Notes: a model not told the origin generated them from the letters alone. Shown: positions 27,540 to 41,678, numbered from the stretch's first letter. The stretch is DNA of 64,000 bases from Octopus sinensis (GCF_006345805.1 NC_043007.1:59892001-59956000), one strand, 5' to 3'. Numbers and translations: made by a program.

Positions 27540-28560
27540 AAACAGCAGCTACTAAACAACAGCAGCAAAAATAAATATATTAATGCAATCCTGAAAAGTG
27601 AAGTGAGCAAAATTGTACGAGTTGGCAGTGAACTCCTCAAGAAACACTCTCTTCCTGATGATCGCCTATACCACCCCAAAATAGATGGGCTGTCTTACCT
27701 CAGAGAATGCCTCGATGGAAAGCACTCAGTATACAAATAAAAATCATGCAGGGGTATGTTGCCCGGAAGCTTGAAGAAGACAGTGGAATTGACACGAAGC
27801 GCAAGTCCGCTACATCACACGTTGAAAGCTATGCGTTTGCAATCCAGGAATAGGAGATTTCCACAAAGTATCCAGTGAACAAGAGAGACAGTGACGTTCT
27901 TGTAATCCGAAGGTGCAACCGTATGTGTAGGATATGTCATGTTTCTGTGGAAGACATTACGCATGTGATTAGCAGATGTCCTAAAATGTCGTCACGGTAC
28001 GAAATCCCTATGCGGCACGATGTTGTTGCTAAAACAATTTTCAATGCCATCTACAAAAAAGACTGTCCTGAAATAAACTTAGAAAATTCCTCTGTTATGA
28101 AATACATTCATAAACACAAACTCAAGAAATAATGGTGAAATATTCCCATCAAACTTCTGTCAATTGTACGCATATAATTGGTATGTACCATCATAGAGGT
28201 TAGCTGCCTTACAGATATAAATATCTCTTTGAAACTCAAAGAAAAAGAAGATATCTATGGACAACTGCTTCGAAACATCCAGCTTCTATATCCAGACTAT
28301 GAATTCACGTTCATACCAATAATAATTGAAGCACTAGGTTTTGTTAATAAATGCTTAAAGGAGAATCTGGATAAAGTGGGATTTTCAGAAAGAGAAATTG
28401 ACCGGCTGATTCGTACATGGCAAATCCATTCTGTGAGTGGAACAGTGAAAATATGCAAGACTTTTCTGAAGTTCCAAATGTGAATTCGTCTGTGTTAACT
28501 ACATCCCAAAGATGGAACCTTGTATCTTTGTTAGAAACCGGCTCGCTCCTCAGTGGAAAA
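27540..28560 (+). mobile_element. REL-LINE 3' region, distinct family
   Basis: CRICHVSVEDITHVISRCP knuckle, IIEVSC..K.KE..Y REL motif, IPIIIEALG, SVSGTVKICKTFLKF C-terminus. Confidence 0.85.
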
Positions 28561-28664
28561 TTTATAATAATTAAACAATAGAAGAGTCATACATACATAC
28601 TTACATACATACATACATTCATAATACATACATACATGCATGCATGCATACATACATACATTAT

Positions 28665-29125
28665 TATGGCTGCCCCCTCGTTATCGAGTATGGCCATTGC
28701 ACGAAGCTTAACTGTTACTGGTGCTGTGATCGAATGTGACTTTTTAGCCCAGCTAAAGATCTACAATGTCTTGTACAGAACTGGCAACTAATACCTTTAC
28801 CGGTAATAGCCGGCTGTAGTTGTAACTGGGCTTCATGTACCTTTGCATGTCGTTTAAGTCCTCCTGCCGAATTACACTCTCTTCCACATGCCCGACAGAT
28901 ATATGATTAGTATAGTGTGTTACACCACCACCAGTGGCCAGGTTGTCACTCATCTGTCTCGCTTTATGACTACGAAGATGACTCTTGAGTCCAGCTTTAC
29001 TGAGGTAGGGTCTTGCATAGACAGTGCATGTCAGCATCAAAGGAAGACCCTTCCCATCTGGATGTGTAACAGCAATGCCCTTCCTGACATCCCTCCTTAC
29101 TTTCTCATGTGCAACTCGAGATTTC
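28665..29125 (-). mobile_element. RTE/RTEX-like LINE 3' end with C-terminal zinc-finger remnant
   Basis: FEKSRVAHEKVRRDVRKG...TCTVYARPYLSKAGLKSHLRSH. Confidence 0.7.
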
Positions 29126-29131
29126 TCAAAA

Positions 29132-29163
<32 letters not shown>

Positions 29164-29431
29164 GCATGCATACATACATACATACATACATACATACATA
29201 CATACATACATACATACATACATACATACATACAATACATACATACATATTTAGATATATATCGTGTTACGCTAAAAAGCTTTGCTCGGTACCAGAATTT
29301 TCGACTCGAGTCAAATACAGCAAACTACTCCAAATTGTTGTTACAGTATCTGCATTACTAAGCAGCCGACTTACTGTTCTAACCACATATCTATTGAAAT
29401 TTTTATATCCACTTCTTCGTATTTTTGAATT

Positions 29432-29508
29432 GGTTTAACTGAGGAAGTTTTACGTAATAGACGCATTTCCTATTATGTATTACGCAAACCTGAAACGTCC
29501 GTATTAAT
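29432..29508 (+). ncRNA. Type I hammerhead-like fold, stem I disrupted
   Basis: CTGAGGA (29439-29445), long stem II (CGTAATA/TATTACG, GTTT/AAAC), GAAAC-GT-C (29492-29499). Confidence 0.55.
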
Positions 29509-29551
29509 TATTTCAACCTATCACTATTTAGTTTGACTTCATTAAAACATC

Positions 29552-29582
<31 letters not shown>

Positions 29583-29599
29583 TATATATTATATATATA

Positions 29600-29634
<35 letters not shown>

Positions 29635-29886
29635 CATGCATACATACATATATGCATACAACATACATACATACATACATACATAATACATACATACATA
29701 CAACATACATACATACATACATACATACATACATACATACATCTACGTATGTATATATTTAGTTATAATCTACATTACTGAGCACTCTGGGACTCTCCTT
29801 CGTGATTTCTGAGAGTATTTTGACATATAAATGTATGTGTGTATGTTGTTGTATGTGTGCAGGTATGCATGCATGTATATATAATA

Positions 29887-29924
<38 letters not shown>

Positions 29925-30659
29925 GTGGGTGTGTGTGTGTGTGTGTGTGGTGGGTGTGTGTGTATGGTATGTATCTATGTATGTATAAATGTATGTATGT
30001 ACGTATGTGAAACTATATATATATATATATACAGAGAGACATATATCGATAGATATATTTATATACATACATATACATACATATATATATACACATGTAA
30101 ATATATATACGCGAAGTATATGTAAATATTTATAGAGAGAGAGAGAGAAAGAGAAAGGGAGAGTGATACTTTGAATTGTTTCTTATTCAGTTAGTCTCCA
30201 TATTATATTACGTTATATCATTCTAAACCTAATTCATGGTGTACTCTAATAAATAACTTCTTCAAGATGAATTCCTGGTTTATTTTAAGAAATATTTACA
30301 TTGATAGTTCTGAGTCGAGTTCAGCATATATGTCCTCAATTACTCTACACTAATTGTTTAACTCGTCGCTATCACAGATAAAAATACCGTGAAGAATCAA
30401 CCGAATTTTGTTTCCTAGTGGCATGTTGTTTTGTCGTGACGAGTGTTTTGTAAGATGTGTGGATCCATTTTCGAGAAACACAATTATTCACTCCACCTCC
30501 CTGTCGACGGGGTAATATACATGCTATCTTCGTAACATGGTTCCGGGTTCAGTCATACTGCGTGGCAGCTTGGCAAGTATCTGCTACTATAGCCTTGCTA
30601 TTATGTTAAGCTGTCGCATGTCCAAATTTGGCCAAATACGTTTTTTTTTTTCCCTTCAA

Positions 30660-31585
30660 TCATTCAACTACGGAAGCAGTTGAATAATATTCTTCAGGCC
30701 GCAATTTACTCACACGCAGCATATTTCAGAGCTTGTCGCTAATTCAGTTCTTAACCAAATTGAAGACTGTTAACATTTTTGAAGAGGACTGGTCTTTAGC
30801 TACATTTTGGCATTAAAAAATTGAGGTTTGGTTCAGCAGAAAAAAGTTGACATCAAAATTTGTAGCAGCGTTATAGGAGAGTAAGTAACGCCACCAATCA
30901 AGTTTAGATCTAAATAACTTTTTTATTTTAAAAGCAAAATATATTTATCTTAGCTTCAATGATAGAAGAAAGCATGAAGGACCTCGTAGTTTTGGTCCTA
31001 TGTAACAAAATATTGTATAAAAACAGTTGTGCTGTAAAATATGAAAAAAAATATAAGGCAAAAAATTCGACTTAAGTATAATTAACTTTTTTATTATAAA
31101 ACCAAACTATATTTTAATTAAGCTTAAATGATAGAGCTCAATTCGAGGAATTTCATGGTATCAATCTCATGCACTGAAGTTTTAAAAGAAAACGTTGTGT
31201 TTGTTTTCAAATTTGAGGGTTATAATATAGTTCTATGCTTTTTTATGAATATCGTTCTATAAGGGGACTTGTAATATATAATTCTTTACTACCCACAAGG
31301 CGCTAAACACAGAGGGGACAAACAAGGACAGACAAACGGATTAAGTCGATTACATCGACCCCAGTGCGTAACTGGTATCGACCCCGAAAGGATGAAAGGC
31401 AAAGTCGACCTCGGCGGAATTTGAACTCAGAACGTAACGGCAGACGAAATACGGCTACGCATTTCGCCCGGCGTGCTAACGTTTCCGCCAGTTCACCACC
31501 TAATAATATATGTCACTGGCATCACTGAGGTAAAGTAAAATTTATCAACGACACCACTAATTTGCAATTTGTTTAATTACGTCAT
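30660..31585. mobile_element. Copy 2 of the 26058-26740 repeat, interrupted by a SINE
   Basis: Collinear on both sides of 31283-31500. Confidence 0.75.
31283..31500 (-). mobile_element. OK-like tRNA SINE, near full length
   Basis: Reverse complement of 58172-58398. Confidence 0.9.
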
Positions 31586-31895
31586 CTGTATTAATGCAAT
31601 TATATCATAAAATTGAAAAAAAGTAAAATATGACTTCGAAATTGTGGCAATAGCCAAGCCATTTTGGCAATCTTTCGTTTTAACTCGAAGGCGTGTGCGC
31701 GCAGCTCAGCTGTTACCTTAGGCGTTCGGTAAATTCCGTAAAAAACTTTATTTTTGTAGATGGAAATGTACGTTTTTGTTTGAAGTCAGCATAAAATGAA
31801 AGTGAGAGGAAATGGACATGGACGTGCGTATGTGTTGATGGTGTGATGCGAGACAGAAAGTGTGTGCTGTGTGTGTATGCGAGAGGGAGAGAGAT

Positions 31896-31932
<37 letters not shown>

Positions 31933-31939
31933 AAGAGAA

Positions 31940-31974
<35 letters not shown>

Positions 31975-32110
31975 GACAGAGTGACAGCGTATATCCTTTA
32001 AATTTATTTTTTCTCCAATTTTTTTTCAGTGAATGTGTGAGTGATTGACCGAGAGATAGAGAGGGAAGTTCAACACAGTCGAATATTAAGGAAACAATGA
32101 TATATGTATA

Positions 32111-32154
<44 letters not shown>

Positions 32155-32334
32155 ATATATATATAAATATATATATATCTTGTAAATAATAATATATTTT
32201 ATATAGCTTAAAGCTTGTAAGCCATCACCGTGTATTAACTAAAGAAAATAGTCTAATATTGGGGCATATAAGCCCTCGACAGAAAATAGTGGGTTACACA
32301 CACACACACACACACACATACACACACACACATA

Positions 32335-33020
32335 TGAAGTGCATTCAAAGATTTTAAAGAAGTACAAAACTATAATCCCCTTCAATGTACGTTCGTCTGA
32401 CTTCAATTCAATGCACTTGTAGCGCTCAGCCATTTCGTGAAGACCCCGTGGGAGTCCACTAAAGTGAAGGTATTGTGTCACAGTATCCTTCATTTTCTCC
32501 TTCAGATTGCGGAACAACTAAAATTTACTGGAAGCAAGGTCTGAACTTGTATGGAAGGTAAGGGACAGTTTTGATTACCATCAGAATCAAGTTGTAGACT
32601 TGTGTATTGTCTTGGTGCTAGTGCTCTGGGCTTTTGTGACGAGATCTCTTCCTTCAAAACTTCCTGAAAACCTCTACAAAGTACACTTTGCTGACTGTCT
32701 GGTGAGAGAGAACCCAACCTGGAGCAGTTCATAAGTTTGTGTTGTATTTTTTTTGCCAAGTTTTATACAAAATTTTATTGTATAGCTAACTGCCAAATTA
32801 TGTTCACGTCCCAACTGCATTCTGCAAACTAGTCAAGTGTGACAAGTAGTGCATAGTAGGGTGTGTTCAAACTGCTGTAACAGATATCTCTTCAATCTGG
32901 AACAACAAAAGTTGGCAGCTATGATTATTAGATGTTGAGTAATAATATATTAACATTATAATCTAGGACAGTTATAAGTGCCTCTCCTAAAAAAAGTCTC
33001 AAAACTTCAGGAATGTACTT
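32335..33020 (-). mobile_element. Mariner remnant
   Basis: FRNLKE..K...F.....MKDTVTQYL...ERYKCIEL..D C-terminal pattern; TIR-like GAAGTACATTCCTGAAGTTTTGAGAC. Confidence 0.55.
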
Positions 33021-33729
33021 CGTTCGCGCGCGCGTATTTATGTGCGTGCGTGTGCTCATGCCCGCGCACTTGATAGTGGGAAGGAGAGAGAGAGAACACA
33101 ATAGATTTAGAGTTAATGTTCACTGTCAGGATCGGGAATCACGACTCCTATGTTAAAACTTAACAACTGCTTACAATATAGTGATATCGAACGACTGAAC
33201 ACGTCATACCTTTACAAGCTCACGGTTAGGAGGTCAGCCGTGGGAAGGGCATTCATTTGTGAAGATAAATACTGCGGCAGTATGTAAACGTCCAACATTG
33301 CCAAACATTCCAAACATATTAGCACCACCTCACTCTCCACCAATAATAATAACAATAATAATAAACAATCAAACAACCAAAGCGATTTTAATAAGAGCCG
33401 AATGACGCCATTCAGGGCCTGTTCAAATAGCTATATATTATAAGACTGTTTGGAGTTTACATTCAGTTATTGTAAGACTTGCGGAACTTGTGAATGAACA
33501 TCTGCGCATAGACACCGAGACGCATTTACTCTTGCGTACACGTGACTGTGTGGTTAAGAAAGTCGCTTCACGACCACTTACCTTCAGGTTCAAGCCTGCT
33601 GCACAGCACTATTCTTGAGCTAGTGTCTTCTGTTATAACCCTAAGCCAACCAGGGTTTTGTAAGTGAATTTAAAACACGCAAACTGTGCGCAAGCCCATC
33701 GTACATATACATACATACATGCATACGTA

Positions 33730-33935
33730 CAGTGAAGGCGCAATGGCCCAGTGGTCAGGGCAGTGGACTAGCGGTCGGGGGATCGCAGTTTCGATTCCCA
33801 GACCTGGCGTTGTGTGTGTTTATTGAGGGAAAACACCTAAAAGCTCCACGAGGCTCCGGCAGGGGGTGGTGGCGACCCCTGTTGTACTCTTTCGCCACAA
33901 CTTTCTCTCACCCTCTGTCTCTCTTCCTGTTTCTT
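33730..33935 (+). mobile_element. tRNA-headed SINE (another family)
   Basis: TGGCCCAGTGG A box and GTTTCGATTCC B box. Confidence 0.65.
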
Positions 33936-34167
33936 GAGAGTATTAGGAGCAGTTTCCAAGGGCTTTGAAAAACATATTAAGAATATTGGAGCGGCTGTCA
34001 GGCTCGAAGTGATCCAGAAGACAGCATTGTTGGGTACAGCTCGTATTCTAAGCAGATTATTGTCTCTATGAATTACAGGAGAAGGCACTACTTGAAACCT
34101 TTGGTGATTTGTTATCGCCTGCTTTCAAGTAAAGAATAACCGGTAATTAAGAACTATCCAAGAGTCT

Positions 34168-34170
<3 letters not shown>
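33936..34170 (+). mobile_element. REL-LINE extreme 3' end with (AAT)n tail
   Basis: KHIKNIGAAVRLEVIQKTALLGTARILSRLL. Confidence 0.75.
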
Positions 34171-34211
<41 letters not shown>

Positions 34212-34416
34212 CCTTTTTTCTATAGGCAAAAGGCCTGAAATTTTGCGGGAGGGGATTAGTCGATTACATCGACACCAGTGCGTAACTGGTACTTATTTCA
34301 ACAACGCCGAAAGGATGAAAGGATGAAAGGTGGAATTTGAACTCAGAACGTAAGGACGATCGAAATGCTGCTAAGCATTTTGTCCGGTATGCTAACTATT
34401 CTACCAGCTCGCCGCC

Positions 34417-34453
<37 letters not shown>

Positions 34454-34530
34454 GAAGAAGAAGAAGAAGAAGAAGAAAGAAGAAGAAGAAGAACAAGAAC
34501 AAAAAGAAGAACAAGAACAACAACAACAAC

Positions 34531-36144
34531 AAAACAAAAAGTTCAACTCCAACCCCAAAAAGTTCTACCAGGAACTTGGCAAAAATAAAATAGACCAACG
34601 GCAGAAGAAGTGGAAGAATTTTGGAGAGAAATATGGTCGCCGAACGAACAACAAAAAAAAAGGAGTATAAAAACAACAAACTCAGCATCTGAGCAACTTT
34701 GGACCCCCATAACAACTAAAGAGGTCACCCAGGCACTGCAAAGATTAAGCAGCTGGAAGGCACCTGGGCATGACAACTTCTGGTTGAAATATCCAACAGG
34801 AATGCACAAAAAGCCGGCTGAAAACTTTAACAACATACTAGCAGAGCCAGAGACAATGCCAGAATGTCTCACGAAGGGGAAAAACCATCTTAATTCCCAA
34901 ATCAAATGAGACAGCAAAACCAGAAAACTACAGACCTATAACCTGTCTCCCTACAATGTACAAGGCATTTACTGCAGTGATATCGCAAAGGTTGAACAAG
35001 CACATGGACGAAAACAACCTGTTTCCAGAAGAGCAGAAAGAATGCTGCAAAGGCTCATATGGCTGTAAAGATCAACTAATGATTAATAAAGCCATAACTG
35101 AAGACATCCACAGAAAGAAGAAAGGCCTCACATGGATCCTCGAAACACTAGCCATTAACAAAGTAGCACCAACAATTATAAAATTCATAGGACACTCTAT
35201 GAATAAATGGCAAACAGTGCTACAGCTCCAAACAAAAGAGAGACTCATGAAAACCAAAGCCATTCCCATTAGAAGAGGAATAATCCAGGGAGACACGCTC
35301 TCTCCACTCCTTTTCTGCTTGGCACTGTCACCTCTATCTGATATGCTAAATAGAACTGGATACGGATATAAATGTTACGGCAAAACGATCAGCCACCTTT
35401 TATATATGGATGACCTAAAACTATACGCTGCAAATGACAAACAGCTGGAAACACTATTAAAGACAGTTCATGGATTTACCAAAGAAATAGATATGAAATT
35501 TGGATTAGAAAAATGCGCCAAAGTGACCCTGAAAAGAGGAAAACTAATTAAGAGTAGCAACATCACACTAGATAAAACCAAGGAAATAAAAGAATTAGAC
35601 CAAAGCCAAACTTACAAATACTTAGGAATCCATGAACTAGATAAACACAACACACACAATGAAAGAGAAAATAAAAAGAATATTATAGACGAGTTAGATC
35701 AATACTAAAAACAGAGCTCAATGCTAAAAACAAGATAATAGGTATTAACACTTTAGGTGTCCCAGTTCTAAGTTAAAGCTACAATATCCTTAACTGGATA
35801 CTAAATGAACTGACCAAATAGATAGGAAAACAAGAAAAATAATGACAGGATCTAGGATGCATCACCCAAAATCTGACATAGAAGACTATATATATACAAA
35901 ACGTATAGAGGTGGTAGAGGCCTTATACAGCTGGAAAACTACTATAAATAAAACCACCATAGGACTGCAAAAATATCTACTTCAGAAGGAAGGAAACTGA
36001 TCTAGATAGCGGCAAAACACGAGCAAAACAAAAAATTGTTCTCAGTATTTAAGGAAGCTGACAAATACAAACAGAAATCATACCACCTAATAAACATGAG
36101 AAGAAGAAGAAGAAGAAGAGAAGAAGAAAGAAGAAAGAAGAAGA

Positions 36145-36176
<32 letters not shown>

Positions 36177-37179
36177 AGAGAAGAAGAAGAAGAAGAAGAA
36201 GAAGAGAAGAAGAAGAAGAAGAAGAAGAAATAAGAAGAAGAAGAAGAAGAAGAAAACACAAAGCTATAAAACAAATGAAATCCCACTAAAACTAGAACAG
36301 CAAAGAACCATGATAAAACAATAGCAAGAAAGCCCTTCATGGTAAATACTGGACTAAACTAAATGCAAAAGAAATAGACGAAGAAAAAATCCCAGCAATG
36401 TTGAGAAGCTCAGGACTCAAAGCAGAGACGAGGGATTTTTAAATGCAGCACAAGACCAAAGCCTCCCCACCAGAAATTACCAAAAACATGTAATGAAAAG
36501 AAATATAACAAGTAACTGCAGAATATGTGGAGATGGACAAGAAACAATAAATCATATTATCTCTGGCTGCCCAGTCCTGGCTAAGAAGGAATATATTCAC
36601 AGACATGCCAGAGTTGGAACCTACATACACTGGAAGCTATGCCAACATTATGGAATAACAACAGAAAAAAGATGGTATAGGCACACCCCAGAAAAGGTCA
36701 CAGAAAACGAGAAAGCAACCATACTCTGGGATATGCCGATACACACAGATAGAGAAATTAAGGCCAAACAGACCAGATATAGTTGTCAGAGATCATGAAG
36801 GAACAAAAATGCTTTCTAATTGATGTATCAATACCGGCAGATGACAACGTTTCTCTAAAAGAAATGGAGAAACTCTCAAAATACAAAGACCTGGAAATAG
36901 AGGTAACCAGTATGTGGAATCTAAAAACAGAAACAATCCCTATCATAGTAGGTGCATTAGGCATGATAAAAAATATTCAGACAAATACATAACAAAACAC
37001 CAGGACTTACAAACACATATAACATACAGAAATTACACTACTAGGCACTGCACACATCCTACGCAGAACACTTTCCATACAATAACCATCAGAGCATCAC
37101 AACAAATCACAGCACATACCCAAGGCACACAGAGCTGCGCTCGGTAGTGAAGTGAAAGCACGCTATAAAAATAAAACTA

Positions 37180-37182
<3 letters not shown>
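34531..37182 (+). mobile_element. 2.65-kb 5'-truncated R4/Dong-like LINE (RT, CCHC knuckle, REL endonuclease), disrupted
   Basis: NYRPITCLPTMYK, RRGIIQGDTLSPLLF, HLLYMDDLKLYA, YKYLGI, CRICGDGQETINHIISGC, FLIDVSIP..EKLSKY; flanked by (AAT)n-type repeats. Confidence 0.95.
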
Positions 37183-37213
<31 letters not shown>

Positions 37214-37300
37214 TAATAATAATAATAATAATAATATAATAATATAATAATAATAATAATAATAATAATGATGATGATGATGATAATAATAATAATAATA

Positions 37301-37358
<58 letters not shown>

Positions 37359-37359
<1 letters not shown>

Positions 37360-37714
37360 TGCATACCTCTTTGACCTATGAATAGTCAAGAAGGAAGGCG
37401 AAAAGATAGATAAATACAACCCTCTTAAGTACGAAATAGCCCGGCTATTGAAAATGGAGAAGGTGAAGATAGTACCTATTATTGTTGGGTTCTCGGGAAC
37501 AGTATCAAAAGGCATCAAGGGAAATATAAAGGAAATTGAAATAGAGTTCCCAGTGGAACTGTTACAAAAGGTTTGCCTCCTTGGCATGGCCAGAATAATC
37601 AGGAAAGTATTAGACAGCTGAAAAGAATGGATAGCATGGTACCGTAGGCTGCAGGTAGTAAGCATGCTATGCACGCAAGACTCCAGAAGCTCCAACAAAA
37701 CCTGTGATAAAGGG

Positions 37715-37794
<80 letters not shown>

Positions 37795-38149
37795 TGCATA
37801 CCTCTTTGACCTATGAATAGTCAAGAAGGAAGGCGAAAAGATAGATAAATACAACCCTCTTAAGTACGAAATAGCCCGGCTATTGAAAATGGAGAAGGTG
37901 AAGATAGTACCTATTATTGTTGGGTTCTCGGGAACAGTATCAAAAGGCATCAAGGGAAATATAAAGGAAATTGAAATAGAGTTCCCAGTAGAACTGTTAC
38001 AAAAGGTTTGCCTCCTTGGCATGGCCAGAATAATCAGGAAAGTATTAGACAGCTGAAAAGAATGGATAGCATGGTACCGTAGGCTGCAGGTAGTAAGCAT
38101 GCTATGCACGCAAGACTCCAGAAGCTCCAACAAAACCTGTGATAAAGGG
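37359..38149 (+). mobile_element. Two tandem, near-identical 355-bp REL-LINE 3' ends separated by (AAT)n
   Basis: KYEIARLLKMEKVKIVPIIVG..ELLQKVCLLGMARIIRKVL in both; period 435 bp. Confidence 0.9.
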
Positions 38150-38207
<58 letters not shown>

Positions 38208-38227
38208 TGATGATGATGATGATGCCT

Positions 38228-38770
38228 TCTTTTATTGACCACAAGGACCCAAGACATGGAGGACAATATCAAAGGACTACATGCTACACAAAACAGGTGG
38301 GATTTACAGCGGTCAAAGAGAGACACTACAATATTAAAGGACATAACAAAGGGTATATATATAGAAGTTAGAGAAATAATAATTAATAGATAAATAGAAA
38401 ACCCCATAGCAGAGCAGTCCACTTAAGGTAGTTCAGGGTAAACCCCGCGCAAAAGTTCCGGACTACTCTGCCATCCCCAAGGCTTGGGAAAATGCCATCT
38501 TCCAGTTTCTTTACTCCTACTTAGAAAAGAAAAGAGTAGATCCATGCAGCCTCACCAGTTTTGCCACTCGCATCAACATTTTGATAAACACGCTAAAAAG
38601 CAGCACCTCCTTCTCTGCCTTCACCTTCCTCTTCAAATGTTATTTGAAGAAATTGAGGGGAGATTGGCCAGATAGGAAAGTTCCTGTCTTCAAACATTTT
38701 AGACGGGTCCAGCGCACAGATTATTTTGCCACAAAAAAAATTTCTACAGTGTGGGCCAAAAGAAACCAAC
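38228..38770 (-). mobile_element. L1/Tx1-type LINE 3' end
   Basis: WTRLKCLKTGTFLSGQSPLNFFK.HLKRKVKAEK homologous to 55000-55120; AATAAAGAAGG then (CAT)n/(TAT)n. Confidence 0.8.
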
Positions 38771-38886
38771 CAAGATTAAACCTTATTTAATGTATATTGC
38801 ACATTTTAAAAACAATTTTTCAAAAATTAAATGAAATAGATAAAGACGAGTACACACGTACATGTACATAATGAACAAAACGAATG

Positions 38887-38950
<64 letters not shown>

Positions 38951-40016
38951 TAACAATAATAATGATGATGATGATGATATTGATGATGATGATGAGGCTA
39001 ATAATAATATGATATAAGTAAAATGTCAAATGTTTTGGTGCGTGACTTTTGGTCCACCCTGTATTTTTTCAGAGCAATTGTATATATTACAAAGAGGCAC
39101 AGTTCACCACTTGTAAGTATTGCATAATTAATGAATACGCCCAGTGCTACGAGTAATATCAATAGGTTAGGCACTATTGCTAGAAGTATTAGTTTGCATA
39201 ATTTATGTTAACAGACTGCTAAACAAGTTTGAAATATATATACATATATTAAAAAACCTTGTGGAGGTAGTAAACTAGTCATAGATTTTATTTATTTGGA
39301 ATTACCCACTTCCTGTTCTATATTTAGACAACCTACAAAATGCAAAATTAAATGTCACCACCAGGAATACCACGTTACTGCTGTTGTATAAAATCTTCAC
39401 TATCTATAGGCTTATAACCACACAGCTATCCCACTCCAAAAACTATGTGCGTAGGTGAAGATTTAGCGATCGTGCAATACTATATATTAAACTCATGTAA
39501 CTAGGGCAGCATTAGTGTAACCAGATACTTCAGAGTGAAGCACTAGAGAGAAATCCATAACGTATAGGATCGGAAGTAGAGGGTGTGCATCGATTTATTA
39601 CGTAGACGCTCCGTTTTATTCTGACGATATTGGTTAGTTAAAATGAATTTAACGCCTGATTGAACGTTTTGAGTAACTGACAGGTGCGTAGGAGGAACAA
39701 TTCCTTAACGCTTCGCTGAATATCAAGTATATCGGACGTCCCCGTGTGGTGGGGGTCGGTATTATGAGGGATGGTCATTGTTTTATACATAAACTGAGAG
39801 AGAGAGAGAGAGATATCACTTCCAACCTGTCTTGTTTTCATGTTAACTTTCTTGCTCCGTGTGTGTGTGTGTGTGTGAGTTTGTTTTGTTTGTACTTTGT
39901 TTGTGAGTGTGTGTGTTTGTTTTGTCTGTATGTGCTTATACAAGCAAACAGACGGGAAATAATGGAAGCTATATTCTTGATTTTCAATTCATGAACAACA
40001 GAATGGTTCATATATT

Positions 40017-40083
<67 letters not shown>

Positions 40084-40140
40084 CAGACATGCAGACAGAC
40101 AGACATATAGATAGACAGACAGATAGCTAGCTAGCTAGCT

Positions 40141-40173
<33 letters not shown>

Positions 40174-40242
40174 CAAACAGACAGACAAACAGACAGACAG
40201 ACTGACAAACAAACAGACAGACAGACAGACAGATAGATAGAT

Positions 40243-40279
<37 letters not shown>

Positions 40280-40306
40280 TAGAGACAGACAGACAGACAG
40301 ACAGAT

Positions 40307-40337
<31 letters not shown>

Positions 40338-40376
40338 GTCAGACAGACAGTCAGACAGACAGACAGATAGACAGAC

Positions 40377-40481
<105 letters not shown>

Positions 40482-41114
40482 TAGATGGGTAGCTATATAG
40501 ATATGCATAAAATAGAAGAATTTTAAAATGTGGTACAGTCAACGTACCAGTGATATAGTGGACAAGAGTGTTATTTCCCATAATTAGTGAATGAATGTTC
40601 CCAGATCGAATCCAGTTTGGTATCGTGTATATTAGCTTCAAAAAATGGCACAAGACCAGCAAGTTCGGCAGGCGGTTGGTCGACTATATAACTCTCCAGG
40701 CTCAACTGCCACTTATTTTATGAACCCCGAAAGGATGAAAGGCAAAGTGGCCCTCAGCGAAATTTGAATTCAGAATATAAAGACGGACGAAATGCCGCTA
40801 AGCATTTTACCCGACGTGCTAACGATTCTGCTAGCTTTAGTATCGTGTATATTAGAAACCTAATGTCGATGGAAGCATTATGCAAATATAAATATTGAAA
40901 ACCTATGCTATTCTGAAGATGAGATTTATAATACCCAAAATTAAAATCGTATTTGGCAAAGATAACTGATGAGCATCTTCTTTGCTTAAAAAAAAGAAAT
41001 CCCAATCCGTTTATATATCTGTTACGTTGACATTTCCATATTGCCTGGTGGATCTGACTGCCCATTCAATCACATGTGTAAGTACACTAGAACTCTTCCA
41101 GGACCGGGTAGCTA

Positions 41115-41678
41115 TTGGGTTGTCCGGAAAGTTCGTGCCGATTTATAGTAGCTTACCTTTCGACTTATTTTAGAACATGGTTGAGTCCATAAAATAGGAT
41201 TTGACTACACCTCCATTTAGAGCACAGTTTAAGCTCTTTTCCTGGAAGAAGGTTTATGTTCCTAAAACCTGCGTTAATTCTGTAACCCTTTCAAATGGAA
41301 GATAAAAAAGTTCATTTTCGGCACTTGATGCTTTGGGAACCAGATAAAAATTGCTGCAGCTCGGCTGGGAGGTGTTACCCCACCCTCCATATTCACCAGA
41401 TATTGCTCCTTCGGATTTCCACTTATTCAGGTCTCTGTAGAATAGTCTTAATGGTAAAAATTTAAATTCCTTGGATGACATAAAAAGATACCTTGATGAA
41501 TTCTTTGCCATGAAACCACTTCAATTCTTGAAAGAGGGTATTTTCAAGTTAAAGGAAAGATGGAGACGCATTGTGCAACAAAATGGTTCATATTTGGTTG
41601 ATTAAAAATGTAATGGCAAGTATTTATTGACTTTTTTCTTTCCTTTAAAAATCGGCACGAACTTTCCGGACGACCCAA
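41115..41678 (+). mobile_element. Internally deleted mariner with intact TIRs and TA duplication
   Basis: TA-TTGGGTTGTCCGGAAAGTTCGTGCCGATTT ... AAATCGGCACGAACTTTCCGGACGACCCAA-TA; GWEVLPHPPYSPDIAPSDFHLF. Confidence 0.92.

Noticed and set aside
30419-30511. Possible 93-nt plus-strand exon (TTTCCTAG ... GTAATA)
   Set aside because: One open frame only, unrecognised peptide, no partner exons
37177-38244. 355-aa minus-strand ORF with internal repeat; CRISPR-like periodicity
   Set aside because: Antisense reading of duplicated LINE ends plus (ATT)n; no repeat-spacer array or cas genes
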